DNA of 64,000 nt, from assembly GCA_963813715.1 (NCBI GenBank), contig CAWFAK010000017.1:864001-928000 (forward strand). The letters are read 5' to 3'. This DNA is from an uncultured Planctomycetaceae bacterium (GTDB taxonomy: Bacteria > Planctomycetota > Planctomycetia > Planctomycetales > Planctomycetaceae). Every line of letters starts with the position of its first letter. Position 1 is the first letter of the stretch. Shown piece after piece: positions 44,603 to 57,529 of this stretch. The notes beneath the pieces are model-generated. The model saw nothing but the letters and a program-made list of their open reading frames with translations, was not told the origin of the DNA and searched no databases. The position numbers were made by a program, and so were the translations under genes.

Positions 44603-47600
44603 ATGCTGCTGCGATTGAAGTGGTTCCGAAAATCTCCGACGCGTGCGCCTCGTCGACTCCGCTGTCAACCCACAATCGAACTGCTCGAGAACCGGGCCCT
44701 ATTGACGGCGAGCTGGAACAACTACGGCGGCAACGCGCAGCACACGGAAATTGCTCAAGTTGCCGCGCAGCCCCTCAACCAACTCCTGTGGTCGACTTCT
44801 CTCGATCTGGCCCCCTGGGGCGCCGTGCACTACGGCGATCCCGTATTCACCCCAGGCAACACCGTCATTGTTCCGATCAAGATCACCTGGAGCGGGCAGA
44901 ACCAGAACGCGCAGAATTTCTATATCGCCGGCCTCAACGACCTCACCGGCGCGGTCGAATGGACAAGTGCGGTGACCGGCTCGATCACCGCCGCCAGCGA
45001 CGCGGGGCCAATCGTGATCACCACCGGGACGACCACCGGACTGACCACCGGCGACTCTGTCACGGTCGGCGGCGTGAACGGCAACACGGCCGCCAACGGC
45101 ACGTTTACGATTACCGTGCTCAATTCGACCCAGTTTCAGCTCAACGGCGCGACGGGCAACGCAGCGTACACGTCGGGCGGCGTCTGGGACTACAACCCCA
45201 ACGGCGCGAGCTACATCGCGCCGAACTACAACTGGCTCGAGCCGGTGCAGCCCGTCTACGACCCGGTCACGAACCGCGTTTATTTCCCCGGTCCTGGCGG
45301 CACGCTCGACTACATCAATAACCCCGACAATCCGGGCAGCTCGACGCCGACCGTTTATCAAGAGGCGTTCTACGGCCTGGCCAACTACACGGCCAATGAA
45401 TCCGCCTACAACTCGTCGATCTACACCAACACGGGCCTGATGGTCGATCCCTCGGGCAACGTCTACTTCGGCTTCACGGAGACAGGGACCAACCCGTCCG
45501 GGATAAACGACGGCGGCTTTGTGCGAATCACGTCCGTCGGGAACCGCCACGTACACGCTCGCCTATTCCGCGGTCGGACAAACGAACGACGGCAACTGGA
45601 ACCCGACATTGGGCGAGACGCCGGCGCTCAGCAACGACGGTTCGACCGTCTACTTCGCCGTGAGTGACTCCGGTTATGCGCTTAACTATGCGAACGAGGC
45701 GGACTCGTATCTCGTCGGGCTCAATAGCACGACTATGGCCGAGCAGGAATCGGTGCGGCTGCTCGACCCGGCGACCGGCGCGGCGCCGTCCTGATCGACG
45801 AAAGCACGGCCTCGCCGATGGTGGCTCCCGACAACACCGTGTTCATGGGCACTTTCGGCAACACGTACAACGGTTCGCGCGGCTTCCTCTTGCACTTCTC
45901 CGGCAATCTGCAGACGGAATATGCGCCGGGAGCCTTCGGCTGGGACGATACGGTCTCGATCGTTCCGACGTCGATGGACCCCTCGTACACCGGGTCTTCT
46001 CCGTACTTGATCATCTCCAAGTACAACAACTACGCCAACGCCGAGGTGGGCGAACCGTACGGCGGCAACGGCGTGAATCAGATCGCCTTAATCGATCCCT
46101 ACAACACGCAGCTCGACCCCAACTACGACGCCAATCCCAATTTGCAGGTCATGGCCGAAGTCGAGGGCATGTCCAGCCCCTCGCCCGACATCCCCAACGC
46201 AGAGGCTGGCGATCCCGACGCCGTGCGCGAGTGGTGCACAAACGCGACAGTCGTCGACCCGGCGACCGACAGTGTCTACATCAACAACGAGGACGGCTAT
46301 ACCTACCAGTGGAACCTGGGCACTGACCAGGTGACCAACGCGGTCCAAGTTACGTCGGGCATCGGCGTTCCCTATACACCGACGGCCATCGCCCCCAATG
46401 GCGTGATCTTTTCGGATAACGGCGGAACGCTGTTCGCCCTGGGCGGTTATTCCAACGACACGATGACCACGGTTCCCTCAGCCGACCCCGTCGTGGCCGG
46501 AAACACGGTCACGCTCACAACCACCATCGCCTCGACCGACAGCGGTCCCGTGCCGACCGGGACGGTGACCTACACCTACTACCAGGGCGCCAATAACCCG
46601 CTCAACTACGACACCACGCCCGTCACGATCGGCACGGAAAACCTCGTCAACGGAGTGGCGTCGATTCCGGTGTCGGGATTGGTGGCCTCCCACTATCACA
46701 TCTACGCCGAGTACAGCGGCGATTCGAACTACCCGGCGGGCCAAACAATCCTGGTGCTGCCGGTCCTCGGAACTGTCAACACCACCGTCTCGGCGTCGGC
46801 CAATCCGGCTGATTCGGGCACCAGCGTCACGTTCACAGCCACCGTTACGCCGACTGTCAACGTCGCAAACGGCGCAACAAGCGGGGCAACCTCGTTCGTG
46901 CCGATTGGCACAGTCACCTTCATGGACGGCAGCACCGTTCTGGGCACGGTGTCGCTGAATAACCTGGAAGACGAAACGAATCCGTCGACCACCAACACCG
47001 CGACGTTCACGACCTCGGCGCTGCCCGGCGGCGCCGATGCCATCACGGCCCTCTACAATGGCGACCAGAATTTCGCCAGCGCCTCCGCAGCCTATGTCGA
47101 GTACATCCCGGAACTAAGCAATCTGGGAACGCAGAATAATGCGGTGGGCGACGTCCCGGGGCAAAGCGTCGTCACGCCCCCTGTAGGCATGCCCGTCGGC
47201 GATAACTGGACCTACGGTGCAACCAATCTGCCCGCGGGGCTGTCGATGTCTCCGTTCACCGCACAGATCATCGGGAGGATCACAGGCTCGGCCCAGGCTT
47301 ATTCGGTGACGGTCACGGCGTATGACGACGGATCCACGGCCAGCGCGAGCACAACCTTCACCTGGAATGTCACCGTGATCTCGATGACGAACCCGGGCAC
47401 GCAGATCAATCACGTCGGAGACACGGTCTCCCTGCCGATCGAGACGAGCGGCCTGCCCGCCGGTGACACCTGGACCACCTACTCCGCCACCAACTTGCCG
47501 ATCGGCCTCGCGATTAACAGCAGTACCGGAGTGATCACCGGAACCCTCACCAGCTCGGCTATGGGAACCTATACGTCGACGGTCACCGTCAACGACGGAT

Positions 47601-50600
47601 ACTCGGGGCCCAACGTGAGCCAGAGCTTCACCTGGGAGGTCGTCACAGCCGTGACAACCACGAAGCTAGCCGCTTCGCTGGCTAATCCCACTTTCGGTCA
47701 AGCCGAGACGCTGACGTCGACCGTATCGAGTGATGCCGGGACTCCGAATGACGGAACGGTCACGTTCTTTGATAACGGAACGTCGTTGGGAGCTTTCCCG
47801 GTCAGTAATGGAGTCGCCCAGTTCACGTCGACCACGCTCACCGCTGGGCCGCAGGCTTTCACCGCAACGTACAGCGGCGACGGCACGACCTACGGGGGCA
47901 GCAGCACCGGCACCGCGTCGATCATTCAAACTGTTGCGGGCAATGGAACCAGCGGATACAGCGGCGACGGCGGCCCGGCCACGTCCGCGGAGTTGAGCAG
48001 TCAGCCCAACATCTCCCTGGACGCTGCCGGCGATCTGTTCATTGCCGACGTGAACAATAACGTGATCCGCGAGGTGAATGCCAAGACCGGCATCATCACC
48101 ACAGTGGCCGGCAATGGAACGGCCGGCTTCAGCGGCGACGGCGGACTGGCCACCTCGGCGGAGTTGAACGAACCCACGAGCGTTGCGGTCGACGCCGAGG
48201 GGGACATCTTCATTGCCGATTTTCAGAACAGCCGGATCCGGGAGGTGGACGCCACGACGGGATTGATCAGCACCATCGCGAACATCAATCAACCCGTCAG
48301 CCTGGCCATTGACGGGGGCAACGTCCTTGTCGCAACACCGGAGCTCATTCAGGCGGTGAATATCAGCACTCACCAGATTACCACCGTCGCGGGCAACGGG
48401 TCTTCGGGTTACAACGGCGACGGCATCCCGGCGACCTCGGCGTCTCTCGACGGTCCTCGAGGGCTGGCTGTCGACTCCTCGGGCAACATTTTCTTTGCCG
48501 ACTTCGGCAACAATCGCGTTCGCGAGGTGAACGCCTCGACGGGGCTGATTAGCACCATCGCGGGGACGGGAACTGAGGGTTACAACGGCGATGGCATCCT
48601 GGCCACCTCGGCGGAGTTGAGTCAGCCTCAGGCTGTCGCCGTAGATGCCGCGGGCGACATCTTCATCGCCGACTACTATCCCAATGACCGAGTTCGGGAG
48701 GTCTTCGCGAGCACGGGGGATATTTTCACAGTCGCGGGAACGGGGGTCGGGGGCTACAACGGCGACGGCATCCCAGCCACTTCGGCACAACTGTTGGACC
48801 CGACCGATGTGGCCGTGGACGCGGCGGGGGATCTCTTCATCGCCGACCGCGAACGAATCCGCGAAGTCGCGAACGGTGGTGCCGTCGTCGCCGTCACACC
48901 TGTCGTCGTCAACCCAGGCACCGAGAACAATGCCGTCGGCGACACAGCTTCGCTGCAAATACAAGCCAACGGATTGCCCGCCGGAGATGCGTGGACCTTC
49001 TCTGCAACCGGTCTGCCCTCGGGACTGTCGATCAACCCCAGCACCGGCGCGATCACCGGAACGGTTACGGGCTCTGCCAACAGTTATTCTGTCACCATCG
49101 CGGCCATTGACGAGGAAAATGTCGGCGCCAGCCAGAGCTTTACCTGGAACGTCTCGACGCTGTCCGTGACGAATCCCGGAACGCAGATTAACGGCGTCGG
49201 CGACGTTGTCTCGCTGCAAGTGGTCGACAGCGGTCTACCCAGCGGTGATACGTGGAGTTACTCGGCAAACGGCTTGCCCTCCGGCTTGTCGATCAACACG
49301 AGCACCGGCCTGATCACCGGGACCATCACCGGCTCGGCCAGCACTTATTCGTCCTCGGTGACCGCCAAAGACGGCGAAGGGGCCAGCGTCACGCAGGCCT
49401 TCACCTGGAAAGTCTACTACCGGCCAGCCATCACGGGTCCGTCGAGCGCGAGCGTCACCGAAAACAATTCGCTCACATTCTCGTCGGCCAACGGCAACGA
49501 AATCAGCGTCTTGGATCAGTCGGCAGGGAGCAATTCCGATTCGCTGACCCTGTCGGTTTCCGAGGGAACCATCGCGCTCGCCTCGACGACCGGATTGACC
49601 TTCACGGCCGGCGCAAACGGTTCGGCGTCGTTCACCGTGACGGGACCGATCGCCAACTTGGAAGCCGCCCTCAACGAGCTGACGTACACGCCGTTCAGCA
49701 ACTACACGGGCTCCGACACGCTAAGCGTGTCGCTGGCCGACCCGACCGACACTTTGAGCACGTCGTCAAGCGTCGCGATCACGGTCAATCCGTATGTCGC
49801 CCCGGTTATCACCGCACCCTCCAGCGTGACCGTCAGCGAGAACGGCTCGCTCGTGTTCTCGTCCGGCAACGGCAACCTGATTTCGTTCACGGATAACGGT
49901 ATCGGGTTCAACGCCGACACGATGACTCTATCGGTCAACGACGGCACGCTGACCTTGGGAACCACTAACGGGCTGGTCTTTGCGTCCGGCTCCAACGGCT
50001 TGGCGGGATTCAGCGTCAAGGGCACCGTTAACAATCTGAATGCCGCCCTGGTGGGGCTGACCTACCAGCCGAACAGCGGTTACGTCGGCTCCGATACGCT
50101 CTCGCTCTCCATCAGTGATCCAACCGACAACAAGTCGGCCTCGACGAGCGTTGCAATCAACGTTAGCCCACTCGCGCCGTCAATCACTGCCCCGGTGTCC
50201 GCGTCCCTCGCCGAGAACGGTTCGCTGGCCTTTTCGACCGGTAACGGCAACGCGATTTCGCTGACTGACGCCAATCCCGGCAGCGATTCGCTGACGCTGT
50301 CGGTCTCTCATGGAACGCTGACTCTTTCCACCACCTCCGGTTTGACGATCACGTCGGGCAGCAATGGCTCTGCTGCATTCACTGTGAGTGGCACGGTCGG
50401 CAACCTCAACACGGCTCTCAATGGTGTGACGTATCGACCCACCGTGGCCTATTCCGGTTCCGACACACTGGCGATTTCGCTGGTCGATCCTGGCGACACC
50501 TTGTCGGCATCCAAGAACATCTCGCTCTCGATCAACGCCCTGCCCGCCCCGTCGATTACCGCGCCGGCAACCGCCACAACGCTCGAGAACAACTCGCTGA

Positions 50601-51790
50601 TCTTCTCCTCGAATGCCATCAGCGTTGCCGACTCGGCCGCCGGCGGTAATAGCGACTCGCTCTCACTGAGTGTCGCCCACGGGACCATCACTCTCTCCAC
50701 TACAAATGGGTTAGCCTTCACGGCCGGATCGAATGGTTCCGGGTCGTTCACCGTCACCGGCACCGTGGCCAATCTCAACGCGGCACTCAACAACCTCACT
50801 TATGCGCCGGTTGCGAATTACACCGGCTCGGACTCGCTGGCGATTTCGATCACCGACCCGGGCGACAACGAATCGGCATCGAAGAGTGTGGCGATCAGCG
50901 TCAATGCGTACAGTCCGCCGGCGGTCACGGCGCCCGGTTCAGCCAATGCTCCCGAAAACGGTTCGCTGGTCTTCTCGTCGTCCAACTCGATTTCGGTCGC
51001 CGATTCTGGTCCGGGCAGCGGATCCGACTCGCTGCAATTAACGGTCTCGCACGGAACGGTCACCTTATCCACCACGTCCGGACTGACCGTCACCGCCGGG
51101 GCCAACGGCTCGGCCACCGTCACGGTGACCGGGTCAGTCGCCAACCTCAACGCGGCCCTCAACGGGCTGACGTACAAACCGACCTCGGGCTATACGGGGG
51201 CCGACTCGCTCGCGATTTCGATCGAAGACTCGTTGGACCACCTTTCCGGTTCGGGAAGCGTTTCGATTAGCGTCAATGCCAGTAATCCGCCGTCGATCAG
51301 TGCCCCGACTTCGGCCCGGGCGCAGATCGGTTTTCCGGTGGTCTTTTCCGCGGCAAGCGGCAACGGCATTGTGATCACCGATACGAGCGCGGGCAGCAAC
51401 GTCGAAGAGCTCACCGTCAAGGCGACGTCCGGAACGCTCAAGCTGGCGACCACCAGCGGGCTCACATTCATCTCGGGATCGAACAACTCGAGCTCGATGA
51501 CAGTGGAAGGCACGCTCGCCAATTTGAACGCGGCCCTCAACGGACTTTCTTACACGCTTGGGGCCAAGGCGGCGACGGTCACACTGGCCTACACCGATCT
51601 GGGGGACAACCTCTCGACGACGGCGAACATCGCCGTCTCGTCTCAAACGATCCTTGCCGCCGTCGGCCCGGCCATTGGAGGGCCGTCCACGGCCAATGCA
51701 CCGAGTGACGATGCGACGACCACGATGCCGCCCGACGCCCTGACGCAATGGGCGGGGCTGGCGGCGGCGGTCGAAATTCTGATGCACTGA
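44603..51790 (+). CDS. Large surface adhesin-like protein (planctomycete N-terminal motif, Ig-like, putative-Ig, NHL and cadherin-like repeats); frameshifts near 45540 and 45790
   Basis: RRLRCQPTIELLENRALLTA motif; PTGTVTF...YSGD Ig domains; GLPSGLSIN.STG.ITGT repeats; GY.GDG..ATSA.L NHL repeats; NLNAALNGLTY.P repeats. Confidence 0.85.
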
Positions 51791-51987
51791 CCGGAATTGG
51801 CGGCAACGTCGCTTGAGGGGCAGGCCGAGCTTGCGCGCCGCGGATCGCAATCCGTTGCAGCGATGGCTGAGCCAGCCATTTCTGTGCGAACCGGCTGGCC
51901 AATCCGTCTTGTCAGAACCACAATGGAGCCCGCCCGATCGGGCTGCGCCTCGGGGGAGACGGTCGCCACGACGCGGTTTGAGGACGA

Positions 51988-53395
51988 ATGATGGAGCCCG
52001 AGATCGATCCCACAGTTCAGCAGCGTGCCGAGCTGGGACTGTGGGACGCCGTCAGCGTGATCATCGGCATCGTCGTCGGCGTATCGATCTTCAAGGTGCC
52101 GCCCGTCGTCTTCGGGAACGTTGGCAATGCGTGGACGGGGATCGCCGTTTGGTGCGTGGGGGGAGTGGTCGCGCTGATCGGCGCCCTTTGTTACGGCGAA
52201 TTGGCCACCACGTATCCCGGTTCCGGCGGCGACTATCTCTATCTGACGCACGCCTACGGCCCGATGGCTGGTTTTTTGTTCGCGTGGACGCGGTTGACGG
52301 TCATCCTCACCGGCAACATCGCCGCCTTGTCCTACGTCTTCGCGGATTATGGCGTCAATTTGTTCGGCTGCCAGTCGCGGGATGCAGTCTGGTTCGCGGG
52401 CGCCGCGGTCGTCGCGCTCACCGTGTTCAACATTCTGGGCATGAAGGTCGGTAAGTCTCTGCAAAACCTGCTCACCGTGGCAAAGGTGCTCGGTTTGGGC
52501 GGTTTGCTCGCGATCGGCCTGTGGAAAGGCGGCGCGGCCTCGTGGACCGCGAGCCAGCCCGCAGCCGGACCGGGACTGGGCCTGGCGATGATTCTGGTGC
52601 TTTACGCATACGGCGGGTGGAACGATGCGGCACTCGTGACGGCCGATGTGCGCGACGCTCGGCGGAACATGCCGCGAGCCCTCATTCTGGGAACGCTGCT
52701 CGTCACCTTACTCTATGTGCTCGTTAATGCGGCGTTCATCCACGCACTCGGTTTCACCGGCCTGCGCGGCGCGGGCGCCGGCAGCCGACGTCTTCGGGCT
52801 GTGGCTCGGGGCACGCGGGGCCGCCGGTATGAGCCTGCTAGTGATGGTTTCCGCGCTCGGGGCGGTGAGCGGTCTGATCCTCACCGGCTCGCGACTGCAC
52901 GCCAGCCTGGGGGCCGACTATCGCCTCTTCTCCTGGATGGGACACTGGAATCCTCGGTTCGACTCGCCCGTTCGTTCGCTCATTGTCCAGGCATGCGTCT
53001 CGCTGTTATTAATCGTCGGCGTCGGGACGGAGGCCGGCCGCGGTTCGATCGATCGCGCCTTGACGGTCTGCGGCCTGCCCGCGCTGCCCTGGACCCAATT
53101 CGAGGGAGGGTTCGACACTTTGGTGGCCGGGACTGCGCCGGTCTTCTGGCTCTTCTTCCTGTTGACCGGGGTTTCGTTGCTCGTGCTGCGAGTCCGCGAT
53201 CCCAGCCGACCGCGCCCTTTCTCAGCGCCGTTTTACCCGCTCGTGCCGCTGACGTTCATCGGCGCCTGCGGGTATATGTTGTATGCCAGCGTCGTTTACG
53301 CGAAAGCCCTGTGCCTGTTGGGAATAGTCCCCTTGTTGTTGGGGATTCCGCTGTTTCTCGTCGGCGGCCGCAGAGCAGGCGCCGACTTGCGCTGA
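51988..53395 (+). CDS. APC-family amino acid permease; frameshift near 52770
   Basis: IVGVSIF, GALCYGELAT, GGDYLYL, YAYGGW, RPFSAPFYP. Confidence 0.88.
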
Positions 53396-53450
53396 CATGT
53401 CGTTCCCAGTCCGTGGGTTTCACGCGCCGCGTTGACCATCGGTTGATTCC

Positions 53451-54788
53451 ATGGACTCGTCCGCTCTCCAATCGTCGCTTGGCGAAAAAACACGCGCGGA
53501 TTGCCGCTCGCGTTTTGCCGCTGGTCTTCGCGATGTACATCGTGAACTACCTGGACCGCGCGAACGTGTCGTTCGCCAAGCTGCCGATGATGGCGGAGCT
53601 GGGATTCTCGGAAAAGGTTTACGGGCAAGGAGCCGGGATCTTCTTCATCGGCTATCTGGCGTTCGAGATTCCCGGAGCGTTGATCGTCGAGCGATACGGG
53701 TGTGCCGCTGGATGGCCCGTATCTTAATCACGTGGGGGCTATGCACGGCCGCGGTCGGATTTGTGCACACTTCGACTCAGTTCTATTGTGCCCGCCTGCT
53801 GCTCGGCGTGGCCGAGGCCGGTTTCTTTCCCGGGATCATCGTCTACCTGACTCACTGGTTTGCGCTGACGGATCGTGCCCGGGCGATGAGCGGGCTCATT
53901 CTGGCGATTCCCATTGCGATGGGACTCGGGGCCCCATTGTCGGCGGCCATCCTGGGAATCGACTGGTTGGGCCTGTCGGGCTGGCGGTGGCTGTTCATCC
54001 TGGAGGGCCTGCCCGCGGTCGCGCTAGGCGTTTTCACGCTCTTTTACCTGACTGACCGGCCGCGGAATGCTCACTGGCTCGAACCGGGGGAGCGCGACTG
54101 GATTACGAATCAACTGGAGTCCGAACGGCTGGCCAAACAGGCGAGCGCCCGCGTGACGATTTGGCAGGCGTTCCGTGAGCGAAATGTGATCCTCCTCTCC
54201 CTGTCGCTGTTTGCCGCCAATCTCAACAGCTACACGTTTGTTTTCTGGCTGCCCACTGTGATCAAAAATGCATCTGGAGTTTCGGTGAGGGTGGCAACGC
54301 TCCTTTCGGGCCTGCCTTACGCCGCGGGGCTGGTTGCTATGCTCGTCGTCAGCTATTTCTCGGACCGGACTGGCCGGCGCAGATTCTTCACGATCCTGCC
54401 GCTGATCGCTACCGCCGCATTTTTGACGGCAAGTGCGATCCCCGGGCAGGCGTTCTGGCTGGTGATGCTCTGGTTGTGTCTGGCAGGGGCCGGGATTTAC
54501 GCAGGTGCCCCATCGTTCTGGGTGCTTCCCACGCTGACCTTGCAGACCACGGCGGCGGCAGCCTCCATCGGCATGATCAACTCGCTCGCCAATCTTTCGG
54601 GATTCGTGGCCCCGTCGATCGTCGGCGACTTCCTTGACCGCGGTTTCTCCCATTCGCAGGTCGTGCCATTCTTGGCTTGCTGCCCGCTGGTCGCCGCCGC
54701 GTTGATTGCCGCGCTGCGCGTGCCGGCCGAATCGCAACTCCGGGCGGATTTGACGCAACGGCAATCCGAATCGTCGCAATCCGCTTGA
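53451..54788 (+). CDS. MFS transporter (ACS family, TtuB/RhmT-like); frameshifts near 53495 and 53702
   Basis: NYLDRANV, GIFFIGY..FEIP, WMARILITWG, EAGFFPG, GWRWLFILEGLP. Confidence 0.88.
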   Translation: MDSSALQSSLGEKTRADCRSRFAAGLRDVHRELPGPRERVVRQAADDGGAGILGKGLRARSRDLLHRLSGVRDSRSVDRRAIRVCRWMARILITWGLCTAAVGFVHTSTQFYCARLLLGVAEAGFFPGIIVYLTHWFALTDRARAMSGLILAIPIAMGLGAPLSAAILGIDWLGLSGWRWLFILEGLPAVALGVFTLFYLTDRPRNAHWLEPGERDWITNQLESERLAKQASARVTIWQAFRERNVILLSLSLFAANLNSYTFVFWLPTVIKNASGVSVRVATLLSGLPYAAGLVAMLVVSYFSDRTGRRRFFTILPLIATAAFLTASAIPGQAFWLVMLWLCLAGAGIYAGAPSFWVLPTLTLQTTAAAASIGMINSLANLSGFVAPSIVGDFLDRGFSHSQVVPFLACCPLVAAALIAALRVPAESQLRADLTQRQSESSQSA

Positions 54789-54834
54789 GGAACCTAATCG
54801 ATCCGTCTGCTAGGATTTACGCGGAGACACCGTC

Positions 54835-55515
54835 ATGCCCGCAAGAATCAGTGTGTCACTGTCGGCGAACTCGCGCCATATAAAGATCGGAGCGGTCGTG
54901 GTCGTCATTGCTCTTCTGACCGGCTGCGGCCGCTCTGCGCCCAACGCGGACGATGCGGCCGACATGATCGGCCCCGCGGACATCCATTTCCAGGACGACC
55001 CGGTGACGAATGCCTCGCCGGGCGACACGCTCGTCAATCTGCAGTTTGTCGACCAGTCGGGCAAAACGATTCGGCCGAAGGACTGGATCGGCACGAAAAA
55101 CCTCGTGCTGGTATTCACCCGCGGTTACAACGGCGGGATTTGCCCGTACTGCTCGAGTTACACCTCGAGCCTGATCTCGAACTATCCGGCGATCAGCGAG
55201 CGGGCGACCGAGGTGCTTGTCGTTTATCCGATCACCAAGCCCGACCAGTCGCAGCACCTGAGTGATTTTCTCAAAGCGACCTTCCTCCGCACCGGGGAGG
55301 GCGTGAGCAAAACGCCGTTTCCTGTTGTGCTCGATATCGAGCTCAAAGCGGTCAACGCGCTCGGCATCCGGCAGGATCCTTCCAAGCCGGCGACCTACAT
55401 CCTCGATAAAAAGGGGCAGGTTCGTTTTGCTTACGTCGGCAAGTTTTTGTCGGATCGCCCGTCGGTTAAAGCGATATTGAAACAGTTGGATACACTCAAA
55501 GAAGAGCCGGGCTGA
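54835..55515 (+). CDS. Peroxiredoxin-like / thioredoxin-fold lipoprotein
   Basis: Lipobox LLTGC; VLVFTRG...CPYC; PATYILDKKG.VRFAYVG...DRP. Confidence 0.8.
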   Translation: MPARISVSLSANSRHIKIGAVVVVIALLTGCGRSAPNADDAADMIGPADIHFQDDPVTNASPGDTLVNLQFVDQSGKTIRPKDWIGTKNLVLVFTRGYNGGICPYCSSYTSSLISNYPAISERATEVLVVYPITKPDQSQHLSDFLKATFLRTGEGVSKTPFPVVLDIELKAVNALGIRQDPSKPATYILDKKGQVRFAYVGKFLSDRPSVKAILKQLDTLKEEPG

Positions 55516-55527
55516 GACACCACGCTC

Positions 55528-57495
55528 ATGACCAATCCAACCTCGTCGCCACCGCAAGGCGATTTCCTTTCAATCGCTTGCCAGTTGCGGTTCCTGGACC
55601 GCGAGACTTACCTGCGCTTGGAGGCCGAGGTCCGAACCGGCAACCTCGCGGCCAACACCCTCGCCTTGCAGCAGGGCCTGATCGACGCCGTTCAGGCGGA
55701 CATCGTCGAAACGCTGCTGCACGCCGCAGAGGTCGTGCCGGGCTACGAAATTCTCGAATGGATCGGGCGCGGCGGAATGGGCGTGGTCTTTCGCGCGCGG
55801 CAAAAGAGCCTGGACCGCGTCGTTGCCATCAAGACGATTCCCGTCACGCAGATGCACGACCCGACGGCGCTCGCTCGGTTCGAACAAGAGGCGATGGCCG
55901 TCGCGCGGCTCCGCCATCCGAACATCGTCGCCGCCTATGATTTCGGCCGACATGCTGGGCGCCTCTATTTCGTGATGGAGTTGATCGAAGGGCTCGACGT
56001 CGAGCGGCAGGTGGAGCTCAATGGCCCGTTTCACGAGGTGATTGCGTGGCGACTGATGCGGCAGGCGGCCGCCGGCCTCTCGCACGCTGCCTCCGCCAAG
56101 ATCATCCACCGCGACATCAAGCCCGCCAATTTGCTGCTCGTCGATCCCCCTGCCGGCTTTGAGCTGGCGGAAGGCCTGAAGATGGTGAAAATCACCGACT
56201 TCGGGCTGGCATTCCTCGCTCGCGACGTCGAGATGCAGACCCGGCTGACGTCGTTGAATACGGCGATCGGCAGCCCCCATTATTTGGCCCCCGAGCAGTT
56301 GTCCGGAGAGCCCTTCGATCATCGTGTCGACATCTACTCCCTCGGCGCGACGGCGTTTCAGCTGATCGCCGGTGAACCGCCGTTTTACGGAATGAAGCTC
56401 CCACAACTCGTGACGCAAAAGCTGGTCGCGGACGGAATCGACGTTCGCGGCCAGTTTCCGCACGTCTCGCCCGCGAGCAGCGAGTTGATTCGCGAGATGA
56501 CCCGCCGAAATCCGAACGATCGCGTCCGGGGTTACTCGGAGCTGCTGCAGCGGATCGATTCGCTGATTGCGTCCGTCCCGAAACCGAGCGGCGCCCCGCC
56601 GAATTGGTCTGCCCACGCGGCCACGCAGATTATTTCGATCGATCCCACACCGGCGGCGTTGGCCACGCAGGCTGTGCGGGCGCAAACGGCCGCACTGGCG
56701 CCTCCACAGTCACAGCCAACACCGGCTGTCGCGCACGCGACCGAACCGAGCGGATGGCATCCGTCTGCCAAAGCGTCGAGTCCGCGCCGGCTGCGACGAT
56801 CGCGGCCCGTGCTGGCTCTGCTCATCGGCGTCGTCGTGGTTGCTAGTACCGCTGCTGCCGGAATTTGGCGGTTTTGGCCGAGTGGAGCCCGCAGTAATAA
56901 ATCGGCGCGGCCGCTGGTTCCTGTGGGTGTCGGCAAGAATCTGTTTGACGGCCTTTCGCTGACGGGTTGGCGGGCGCAGCAGGGTTCGTGGACAGTGAAG
57001 CGGAATACCGAAGGTGGCCGGGTCCTTGGAGGAACGAGCGGCGTCATCAGTCATGCGCTGCAGAACACAATCGGCAAATCCAGACGCCCGATCGGCCATT
57101 ACCGACTCTCCGTGGTGGTCCAGCTCCACGGGGCCAAGGCGGCGGAGATCCAATTCGGACGCGACACGTCGATCGAAGATGAACCGCGTTGCGTCGTCAG
57201 GCTTTCCCAGCAAGGCGTCGAACTGGGGCGACGCGAGCGCGATCTCGGCCCCTTCGTGAGCCAGTCACCGCTCATTCGGCTGGAGCGCGGCACGGGCGAG
57301 ACGTACACGTTGTCCGTGGAGCGTCAAGCCGACAGTTGGCGTGCGCTGCTCGACGAGAAACCGATCGGTTCCCTTCCGATTTTGCCCGAACCGACGATTC
57401 CCACATTCAATCTCGTCGCCGAGGACGGAGAGGTCTGGTTTTCGGACATCATGTTGCAGGGCTTGGGCATTCCCGAGCCGGAGCCAACGCAGTAG
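55528..57495 (+). CDS. Hanks-type Ser/Thr kinase with TM and lectin-like (DUF1080-like) C-terminus
   Basis: GRGGMGVV, VAIK, HRDIKPAN, DFGLA, APEQ, TM segment, then NLFDGLSLTGW. Confidence 0.9.
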   Translation: MTNPTSSPPQGDFLSIACQLRFLDRETYLRLEAEVRTGNLAANTLALQQGLIDAVQADIVETLLHAAEVVPGYEILEWIGRGGMGVVFRARQKSLDRVVAIKTIPVTQMHDPTALARFEQEAMAVARLRHPNIVAAYDFGRHAGRLYFVMELIEGLDVERQVELNGPFHEVIAWRLMRQAAAGLSHAASAKIIHRDIKPANLLLVDPPAGFELAEGLKMVKITDFGLAFLARDVEMQTRLTSLNTAIGSPHYLAPEQLSGEPFDHRVDIYSLGATAFQLIAGEPPFYGMKLPQLVTQKLVADGIDVRGQFPHVSPASSELIREMTRRNPNDRVRGYSELLQRIDSLIASVPKPSGAPPNWSAHAATQIISIDPTPAALATQAVRAQTAALAPPQSQPTPAVAHATEPSGWHPSAKASSPRRLRRSRPVLALLIGVVVVASTAAAGIWRFWPSGARSNKSARPLVPVGVGKNLFDGLSLTGWRAQQGSWTVKRNTEGGRVLGGTSGVISHALQNTIGKSRRPIGHYRLSVVVQLHGAKAAEIQFGRDTSIEDEPRCVVRLSQQGVELGRRERDLGPFVSQSPLIRLERGTGETYTLSVERQADSWRALLDEKPIGSLPILPEPTIPTFNLVAEDGEVWFSDIMLQGLGIPEPEPTQ

Positions 57496-57529
57496 GTCCG
57501 TCGATCCCGGGGAGCGTGGCAGCACGTAA

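Noticed and set aside
47930..48870. Repeated DNA segments in the adhesin as a diversity-generating retroelement TR/VR pair
   Set aside because: They are protein-level NHL repeats with mostly synonymous-type divergence, not adenine-specific changes, and no reverse transcriptase is present.
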